A stretch of DNA of 64,000 nucleotides. It comes from Candidatus Hydrogenedentota bacterium (GTDB lineage Bacteria > Hydrogenedentota > Hydrogenedentia > Hydrogenedentales > SLHB01). The stretch is taken from contig CAVUWV010000027.1 of the NCBI GenBank assembly GCA_963745075.1, positions 160,001 to 224,000 on the forward strand. Reading direction: 5' to 3'. The translations under genes and the position numbers were made by a program. Numbering within the stretch: the stretch's first letter is position 1; the number at the start of each line of letters is the position of its first letter. Positions 52,638-60,870 of the stretch are shown here, piece after piece. The notes under the pieces are model-generated. The model searched no databases. It worked only from the letters and a program-made list of their open reading frames with translations, and was not told the DNA's origin.

Positions 52638-54779
52638 GACCGCAACGAGTTGAGCACGCTGACGGCGCCGGGGTCGAAGACGTGGACGTTCCATTACAAC
52701 GACATCGCAGACGGCTGTGCCGTCTGGTCTTTCGGTATCACGCTCAGCCGCGTGATACCTGGCGACGCGGGCGGTTTCGCTCCGCTGCAACCGCGGGGCA
52801 GCCGACGTATTACAACATCCCGAACGGGATGACGACGAATTACAGCTACGACATCCGCAATCGATTGACAGCCATCGAGCATAAGGATGGGGCGAACGTG
52901 TTGGACGGGTTTACGTATGCCCAGGACGGCGTGGGGAATATCACGCAGACCACGCATGAGGACGGGGCGTTCTGGGAATATGGCTACGATGGGCGGTACC
53001 GCTTGACCAGCGCCGTGCGGAGCAACGCCAACGAGACGATCGAGGCGGCGTATGCCTACACCTACGATGACGGGGATAATTTGCTCACGAAAGTCGAGAC
53101 CCTTCGAGGACGATTTCGATGAAGGCAACTACACGGGTTGGTCGCGCGTGATACCTGGGAAGCGTGGCGGTTTCGCTTCGTACAACACTCCGCATGACAC
53201 CCGGCACGGCGGGCACCATCGCCAAGGCACACACGGACGCGAGCCTCGAACTGCGGTTTACGTACGTGTGCAACGACGACAGCGATACCAGCTACGGATT
53301 GCTTGTCGGGCCGCGCTATGCTGCGGGCGGCGACCGAATCTACTTGTACTTCTACCCAGACCGCGCCGTGTTGGCGCAACGGGTAAGCGGCGTCTGGACG
53401 CAACTCGACTGGGACGGCGCCGACAGCGTTGAGGGTACCGAATACACCGCCCGGATCGTGTGCGACGGGTCGAATGTGAAGGTGTATCGGAGCGAGCCGG
53501 GGCAGTTGGAAACGAAGATCCTGGAGACGTCGAGCTGCACGGCCACCGCGACAAATTACGTGGCGTTCACGCCCCAAACGGACGCGGATTTCGCGATCGA
53601 CAACATCCGCATCCTGTCCGACGACCTCAGAACACGACGACGTTTGCCGTCAACAACGCCAACGAACTCACGTCGATGATCACGCTGGGGCGTGACTCCA
53701 CCACCTTCGGCTTCGACGACTGGGGCCGCATGACCAGCAAGGCCAGGGGGAGCTATGAGGCGACGTATAGCTACCGCTACGGGCAGATGCTGCGGTCGGT
53801 CACCAGTGACTTCCCCGGCGAGGGCAATGTGACGTATGAGTATGGTGGGGATGGTAAACGGAGGGAAAGGACTGTAGGGACCGATGTCACCTGCTACAAC
53901 TATTCGGCTGGTTGGAAGGTTGTCAGCGAGGAAGACGGTTCAAACAACCTTGGGCGAACCCGTGTCGGCTTTACTATTGCTGAGTCAGTCGGTTCCAATC
54001 CATCAACGGGCTCGTGGCACTACCTGCTGCGGGATCGATTAGGCTCGATTCGAGATACTCGCAACGATGCAAAGGAACAAGTGGTCATGTATGAATTCTC
54101 ACCGTACGGGCAGAGCTATGTAGCATCGGGAGATACGATCGCTATCTCACCATCGTTTGCCCTTCACAATTGGGATTCGGTAGCAACGCTGTATGGCGCG
54201 CCATTTCGTTCCTATAGTTCCACTCTAGCGCGCTGGACGGCCAAAGACCCTCTCGGAGCGTGGGACGGACCAAATCGCCATTCGTATGTCCGAAACAACC
54301 CCATCAACAGAGTTGATCCTTTGGGTCTGTTCCAATGTGAGTACTGCATAGAAACGCATAAAATGGTGTGTTGGCAATCACAAGAACATCCTGATCATCG
54401 AGAATGGGCGCACTATGAATCCGATGATTTCTATTCTGGGAACAACGATGATCCGAACCATCCTGACGCAATGAACAACCCAGATGAAACAGACGTTGCG
54501 AATATCGGCCCAATACCTCCGGGTGAATACATTATTGGCCCTATTGAAGATTGGCACTCCCCGAACAAGCACCCTTGGAGACCGCTCATCCCGGTTGATC
54601 CCAGCAACTTTCCTGTTGATCGCGATCCCAACTCGTTTTTTCTCCACGGTCCTGGTTTATCTGAGGGCTGTATAGCCTGCGGGAGCAACGACACCCGAGA
54701 CACGTTTATTGAAGACATGCTAAGCAGTGAGGAAGGGAATAACTCATTGACGGTTAAAGAACACTCCTGCATGAGATGA
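52638..54779 (+). pseudogene. 5'-truncated, frameshifted Rhs/YD-repeat cassette 1 with intact core and toxin tip
   Basis: YD repeats across the 52401, 52571, 53052, 53164 and 53460 ORFs; core DRLGSIR, YEFSPYG, RWTAKDPLG..DGPN..SYVRNNPINRVDPLGL. Confidence 0.85.
54330..54779 (+). other. Rhs C-terminal toxin domain, Tlde1/DUF2778-like (L,D-transpeptidase fold)
   Basis: YSGN..., NIGPIPPGEY, FFLHGPGLSEGCIA. Confidence 0.75.
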
Positions 54780-54926
54780 TGAGTCAACCGATTAATCTCA
54801 CCTGAAAGCCGTTGTAGAACTGAGTAGCTAAACGATATTACAGAATCTTTCGTACGTAGTCCTCGGTAAACTGACGGTCTATCGATACGCAGTTGAAACG
54901 GTCCGTGTGCGGGCTAGGGGATCCGT

Positions 54927-55874
54927 GTGATGAAGAGCCTGTTATCGAAGTTCGTGGGTATCGCAGTCCTTTCCTGTATCGTGGCGGTTGTTGGTGCTAA
55001 TAGCCACGGTATGAACGATGCAATTCGCATAGGAGTGCTCGAAGATATCTTTGTTGGTTCTCGGACAATACTGGGACATTACACCCCTGCTCACTACGTG
55101 ACAAAAGTGCGGACCGTGTTTCAATACGACGGTGGCGATTGGACCGCCTTTGCACATGAAATCCACGATGCACGAGGATTAGAACAAAACAGGGAGTCAT
55201 TCCTTGTTCAGGAGCGCTGGTTTGCGATCGTCGGAGGCAAAGTGAAGGGGGAATTAACCAGTGAACCAGCTGACAGGTATGAGGGCCATTTGGATGCGTG
55301 CACGCAACCTGTCTTGCACGCTCCGGAATGGTGGAACTCAATACCGCGAAGCCTGAATTGGTCTGGTTGGCGCGGAAAGCCAGTAAGACAGCCGATAGTA
55401 CTGGTATCGCAGGTTTGTGCTCCTCAGATTGCTTACAAGAAGGAGCCGTGGAGCGGAGGGATCCCTGACAAGGTTCTCGACGCCTTTGTCGACAATGTAC
55501 CCGTTCATCGTCGCGAAGGGGGTGACTGGGCCTTATTGAGTTCAGAGACTCTGCGAGGTATGGGAGAAATTGAGGTAAGGGACTGCTACGGATGGATGGC
55601 GGAGCACCGTTTATTCTCTGTTGGCTTTAGAGAGAATAGCCGATTCTATGATGACAATGTGTATGCTGCGGAGCTTCGGGATCATTGGATCGTGCAGTTG
55701 GGGGAATCTGTTCGCTATATTGGAACCCATATGGAACTGCTTACTATGGGTGACTTCGATTGTGATTCTGCGGTCGACGCAATGTTTTGGATTGATGGTT
55801 ACAACAGAAATGGCTACAAATTGTTTTGGGATTCATTCTCACAAGAGGAAACTTATGACTGGAAATACCACTGA
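54927..55874 (+). CDS. Exported low-GC hypothetical protein, candidate immunity protein
   Basis: Signal peptide; lies directly downstream of the toxin; lower GC than the flanks. Confidence 0.55.
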   Translation: MMKSLLSKFVGIAVLSCIVAVVGANSHGMNDAIRIGVLEDIFVGSRTILGHYTPAHYVTKVRTVFQYDGGDWTAFAHEIHDARGLEQNRESFLVQERWFAIVGGKVKGELTSEPADRYEGHLDACTQPVLHAPEWWNSIPRSLNWSGWRGKPVRQPIVLVSQVCAPQIAYKKEPWSGGIPDKVLDAFVDNVPVHRREGGDWALLSSETLRGMGEIEVRDCYGWMAEHRLFSVGFRENSRFYDDNVYAAELRDHWIVQLGESVRYIGTHMELLTMGDFDCDSAVDAMFWIDGYNRNGYKLFWDSFSQEETYDWKYH

Positions 55875-55952
55875 AGGCCCAAGCTTCAATATCCGCTACG
55901 AGTACTGAATGAGGATCGTGATGCAAAGTATCAAACGGAATCCAGCCTCGCG

Positions 55953-57601
55953 CGGGTGACGAAGATCACGGATTGGATCGACGGGACGAACGGGTTACGG
56001 TACGGGTATGATGACGGCGGGCGGCTGACGTCCATCACGGATTACGATGACTCGACGTTGACCTACGCCTACGACGGCGCAGGGAATGTCACGTCGCCGG
56101 CTGGAGCGAAGCGAAGTCACGCCGGTGGCGTGACAATGGCCGCAGCGGCAGCGAGGCCATGAGAGCCAAAACCACGCATGAGGACGGGTCGTTTTGGGAC
56201 TACGGCTACGATGGACGCTACCGTCTCACCAGCGCGGTGCGGAGCAACGCCAATGAGACCATGGAGGCGAACTATGCCTACACCTACGATGACGGGGACA
56301 ATTTGCTCAGCGACTGCAACGAAGTAAAGTCGCGTGCCCGGCAGTGGCAGCCAGCGGTAGCGCTGCCACGGGAGGGTCGAGGGACTGCGATGAAGGCAGG
56401 CGCGACTTGTTCCAAAGGTGTCTCTCGGTATCACGCTCAGCCGTGTGATACCTGGCGACGCGGGCGGTTTCGCTTCGCTGCAACCGCCGGCATGACACCC
56501 GGCACGGCGGGCACGATCGCCAAGGCGAACACCGATGCGGACCTGGAGTTGCGGTTCACGTACGTGAACAACGACACGAGCGACAACGGCTACTATCTCA
56601 TCGTCGGGCCGCGGTATGGGACCGGCGGGGACCGGATCTACCTGAACATCCTGCGCGGGTCGATCAATCTGGCGCAGCGTGTGAGCGGCGTGTGGACAGG
56701 CTTGGTCGGCGCGGCGGTGACGACGGAAGAGGGCGTCGAGTACACGATCCGGGTGGTCTGCGACGATTCGGATGTGAAGGTCTACCGGGCCGCGCCGGAC
56801 GAACTCGAGGAGTTGGTGCTGGAGACCTCGAACTGCACCATGACGTACACGAACTACGTGACCTTCACACCCAGCACGGACGCGGATTTCGAGATCGACA
56901 ACATCCGCATCCTGTCCGACGACCTCAGCAACACGACGACCTTTGCCGTCAACAACGCCAACGAACTCACGTCCATGACGGACTACAACGGTTCGACCAC
57001 CTTCGGTTTCGACGACTGGGGCCGGATGACCAGCAAGGCGCGCGGGAGCTACGAGGCGGAGTATGGGTACAAATACGCGGATATGATGACAAGTCTAAAC
57101 TCGGACTATCCTGGAGAATCTAATTATACTTATGAATACGGTGGAAACGGTAAACGGATTAGTTGGACTCGAGATTCGGCGCAAACGAAGTTTCGATGGG
57201 GAAAGGGCATGTCCCTAGTCAACGAAGAAGATGGATCGGGCGAACTCACCTTAACATACTTCGGATACTGTCTTGGTGCGGCACAGGGTGCGAATCCCGC
57301 GACAGGCAGTTGGGTCACATACTCACTTGATAAGCTTGGCACTGTACATTCTGTCCGCAATTCTTCAAAAGTAGCCGTTTCGCAAATGATGTATTCCCCT
57401 TTTGGTGAAAAGGTGTCAGCCGCCGGTACTTACGTTGCTAGGGGATACACGGGCCACTATGACGATGGGTCCGGCCACCTTTATCATTACTACCGTGATT
57501 ATTTTCCTAAGTTTTCGCGTTGGACTGTCAGAGACCCGTTAGGGCCCATTGATGGGCCAAATCTATATAGCTATTCGCGAGGCAATAAATGGGGACAGTA
57601 A
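55953..57601 (+). pseudogene. Rhs/YD-repeat cassette 2 fragment lacking a toxin tip
   Basis: YDDGGRLTSITDY, YDGRYRLTSAVR, DKLGTV, YSPFGE, RWTVRDPLGPIDGPNLYSY, then truncated. Confidence 0.85.
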
Positions 57602-58005
57602 CCATTTGTTGCAGCTGGACCTGGGCGGGTGGTTCGAGGCGACGCCCGCCTCGAACTGGAAGGACACGCTCACAGCCCTCGCCGATTCCGGCCCCGAGGT
57701 GGACCTCCTTCGCCTGCACACGCGTACGGGCCGTCCCCTCGGCGGCGATTCGCTTCTCAGCAAGGTAGAAACCTACCTCGGCCGCCGTGTCCGCGCCATC
57801 CCGTGCGGGCGCCCCCACGGCAGCAAAGAAACGTTCCCGCGCAAGCGACGGTAAACGAGACCGTGCGCGAAACCGATTGCGCATTTCGGGCGCCAGTGGT
57901 AGTATTACAAAAGGATCACGGATGCACGGGCCCATCGGAATTCACGCACCCGGCATCGAGCGTCAAGGAGGGGACTGCAATAAATGGTTACTGTCCCCAT
58001 TTATT
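57584..58005. mobile_element. Non-autonomous element: 31-bp inverted repeats enclosing a RAYT-type transposase C-terminal remnant
   Basis: AATAAATGGGGACAGTAACCATTTGTTGCAG (57584-57614) versus 57975-58005, 30/31 complementary; the interior encodes LRLHTRTGRPLGGDSLLSKVETYLGRRVRAIPCGRP. Confidence 0.7.
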
Positions 58006-58018
58006 CCGCGAAGACTCC

Positions 58019-58093
58019 GCAAAAGACGGGGTCAGTCCCGATTGCGCGAAAGACGGGGGCAATCCCGAGGGCGCGAATGACGGGTCAGTCCCG
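58019..58093 (+). repeat. About 27-bp degenerate tandem repeat x3 (GC.AA.GACGGG..CA.TCCCG)
   Basis: Read directly from the sequence. Confidence 0.7.
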
Positions 58094-58230
58094 CCAATAG
58101 CGTGCGGTTCCTTTGAAGGGGGATCAGGGAGGACGTTCTTGTTGTAACCGGTCCGCGTGTCAGTTGGTTTCCGTTTGGCGCCACGGGGCAGTACAATTCC
58201 ACGCATAGTAACTGGTCTTTTGAGGTGCTT

Positions 58231-59121
58231 ATGCCCAGTCAACATCTGCAATCGTTAATCGCGATGCTACGGGCGCGTCCCGTCGCTACGGATGCGTCCA
58301 TACAGGAATTGCGCGATCGTTTTGAAGAAGTGCCCCAGTTGTTTCCGCTCCCGGCGGATGTGGCCGTGCAGCCGGACAACGCCGACGGCGTGCCGGTCGA
58401 GTGGGTGGACGTGCCCGAATCGGATCGGAAAGCGGTGTTGCTGTACTTCCATGGCGGGGGTTACGCGATAGGTTCTCTGAACACCCACCGGCATCTTGTG
58501 GCTGACTTGGCGCGGGCGGGCGGCGTTCGCGGGCTGTCCGTTGGGTACCAGCTGGCGCCGGAGCACCCGTTTCCTGCCGCGATAGAAGACGCGACCGCCG
58601 CCTACCGGTGGCTGCTGGCCCAAGGCATCGATCCCTGGCGCATTGTTATCGGCGGGGACTCGGCCGGGGGCGGTCTGACCCTGGCGACGTTGATTGCATT
58701 ACGCGACGCGGGGGAACCCTTGCCCGCAGCGGCGGTCTTGCTTTCTCCTTGGACGGATCTGGCCGCTGAGAGCGAATCCGTGACGTCGAAGGCTGACGTG
58801 GACCCGATGCTGACGCCGAACGATCTGCACCGATACGCGCGCTGGTACGTTGGCGATATGGACACGAAGACGCCGCTGGCGTCGCCCCTGTACGCGCACC
58901 TTTCCGGGCTGCCCCCGCTGCTCATTCATGTCGGCACCGCGGAGATTTTACTGGACGACGCCGTGAAGCTGGCCGAGCGTGCGCGCAACGCGGGCGTGGA
59001 GGTGGTGCTGGACGTTAAGGAAGATCTCATCCACGTGTGGCACTACTTCGCGCAATTGGTGCCGGAAGGCGAGGAGTCCGTCCGCGACGTGGGGGCTTTC
59101 ATTCGCGGCCACATCGAATAA
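58231..59121 (+). CDS. HSL-family alpha/beta hydrolase (esterase/lipase)
   Basis: HGGGY, YQLAPEHPFPAA, GDSAGG, EILLDD, HVW. Confidence 0.93.
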   Translation: MPSQHLQSLIAMLRARPVATDASIQELRDRFEEVPQLFPLPADVAVQPDNADGVPVEWVDVPESDRKAVLLYFHGGGYAIGSLNTHRHLVADLARAGGVRGLSVGYQLAPEHPFPAAIEDATAAYRWLLAQGIDPWRIVIGGDSAGGGLTLATLIALRDAGEPLPAAAVLLSPWTDLAAESESVTSKADVDPMLTPNDLHRYARWYVGDMDTKTPLASPLYAHLSGLPPLLIHVGTAEILLDDAVKLAERARNAGVEVVLDVKEDLIHVWHYFAQLVPEGEESVRDVGAFIRGHIE

Positions 59122-59151
59122 CGTATTCTAGTTTCTTCCGCGTCCTCCTAA

Positions 59152-59299
59152 TCGTACTTCGTACTCGGTCTCGTACTCGTACTCGAAGAAATGAAAAGTC
59201 TTGGCGCAGTGGAGAAACGACGTGTTGGGTTAGCCAATCCGCAACTCTTCCCGCTCGGCGATTCGAGTACGAGTACGAAGTACGAGAGCGAGTACGTGA
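59152..59299. repeat. MITE-like element with inverted (CGTACT)n arms, copy 2
   Basis: Perfect 17-bp inverted repeat 59171-59187/59262-59278; ends GAGTACGTGA like copy 1. Confidence 0.75.
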
Positions 59300-59355
59300 G
59301 GTGACCGGCGGCTACGAGAAAACTTGACCTTTTCTAACGCGGGGAGAAGGCGCAC

Positions 59356-60708
59356 ATGCCTGACGATCGAGAGCGGCTGGACCGGTTGCAGTCGGAAGGT
59401 GATTTGAACGTCTCACCGCGGCGGTCTGAGTGGGCGCAATCGAATCTCGACGAGCCGACCGAGGCATTGCTCGACGAGGATTCCAAATATTTCCTGCATC
59501 AATCTCTTTCGACGCCCTGCCTCAACGCCATCCGGAGTTGCCATGGTATCTATCTCGAAGACGTGCAAGGCAACCGGATCATGGATTTCCACGGGAACAG
59601 CGTGCACCAGGTTGGGTACGGCCACCCCCGCGTGGTGCAGGCGATCCGGGAGCAGATGGAGTCGCTGCCGTTTTGTCCGCGGCGCTACACGAACGAACCG
59701 GCCATCGCGTTGGCGAAGAAACTTTGCGATCTCGCGCCGGGCGACCTGAACAAGGTCCTCTTCGCGCCCGGCGGCACGTCGGCCATCGGCATGGCGTTGA
59801 AACTGGCGCGCATGGCGACGGGGCGGTTCAAGACGATCTCGATGTGGGAGTCTTTTCACGGTGCGTCGCTGGACGCGATTTCCGTGGGCGGGGAGGCCAT
59901 TTTTCGCAACGGCATCGGTCCGTTGCTCCCCGGCACGGAGCACGTGCCGCCGCCCGACCCGACCCATTGTCCCTGGGGCTGCGAGGGGACCTGCTCGCTC
60001 AAATGTGCGGAATACATCGAGTACGTGTTGGACAAAGAGGGTGACGTGGGCGCGGTCATCGCGGAGACGATCCGGTGCACGCCGTTCATTCCGCCGCCGG
60101 ACTATTGGCGCATCGTGCGCGATGCCTGCGACCGTCACGGCGCGCTGCTCATCCTCGACGAAATCCCGACCTGCCTCGGGCGCACGGGGAAGATGTTCGT
60201 GTGCGAACATTACGGCATCGTGCCCGACATGCTCGTCATCGGGAAAGGCCTCGGCGGTGGCGTTTTCCCGTTGGCCGCGCTTATCGCCCGGGAGGGTCTC
60301 GACGTCATGCCGGACCGGGCGCTCGGCCATTACACTCACGAGAAGAATCCAGTCGCCTGCGCCGCGGGGTTGGCCACCATTGTCGTCATCGAGGAAGAGG
60401 GCCTGCTCGACCACGCGGCGGAGTTGGGTGCGTACGCCGTGGGGCGGCTGCGTGACATGCGCGAGCGTTTTCCCATCATCGGCGACGCCCGCGGTATCGG
60501 CCTCCAACTCGGCGTCGAACTCCTCCGCGACGGCAAACGCGCGACGGAGGAAGCGGAGCAGGTTATGTACGCTGCGCTCTCGCGTGGCTTAAGTTTCAAG
60601 CTGACCATGGGCAACATCCTTACGCTGACGCCGCCACTCATCATCACGCGCGACGAAATGGACGCGGCGTTGGAGGTGTTGGAGGCGAGCTTGGCGGAAG
60701 TGAGGTGA
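59356..60708 (+). CDS. pbfA: Class III PLP enzyme, PbfA-like (R)-1-hydroxy-2-aminoethylphosphonate ammonia-lyase
   Basis: SEGDLN.S..R..W, FLHQSLSTPCL, MDFHGN.VHQ.GYGHP, GHYTHEKNP, GLSFK, all characteristic of this subfamily. Confidence 0.75.
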   Translation: MPDDRERLDRLQSEGDLNVSPRRSEWAQSNLDEPTEALLDEDSKYFLHQSLSTPCLNAIRSCHGIYLEDVQGNRIMDFHGNSVHQVGYGHPRVVQAIREQMESLPFCPRRYTNEPAIALAKKLCDLAPGDLNKVLFAPGGTSAIGMALKLARMATGRFKTISMWESFHGASLDAISVGGEAIFRNGIGPLLPGTEHVPPPDPTHCPWGCEGTCSLKCAEYIEYVLDKEGDVGAVIAETIRCTPFIPPPDYWRIVRDACDRHGALLILDEIPTCLGRTGKMFVCEHYGIVPDMLVIGKGLGGGVFPLAALIAREGLDVMPDRALGHYTHEKNPVACAAGLATIVVIEEEGLLDHAAELGAYAVGRLRDMRERFPIIGDARGIGLQLGVELLRDGKRATEEAEQVMYAALSRGLSFKLTMGNILTLTPPLIITRDEMDAALEVLEASLAEVR

Positions 60709-60870
60709 TTGGGCCGGGGAGAACATGGACGGAATGGACGTGATGGACCAAATGGACGGGGACGAATAGGTGAATCGCGATCGAGGGGTCAACATCGCGC
60801 TGTCTGTCCAATAAAGGCTACAATCGATGTGGTGCGAATTGGAGTCGAGTCAGGGGATGGAGTGTCATTT

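Noticed and set aside
52950..57060. Duplicated Rhs segments as a DGR template/variable repeat pair
   Set aside because: Differences are mostly synonymous third-position changes, not adenine-specific, and there is no reverse transcriptase in the window.
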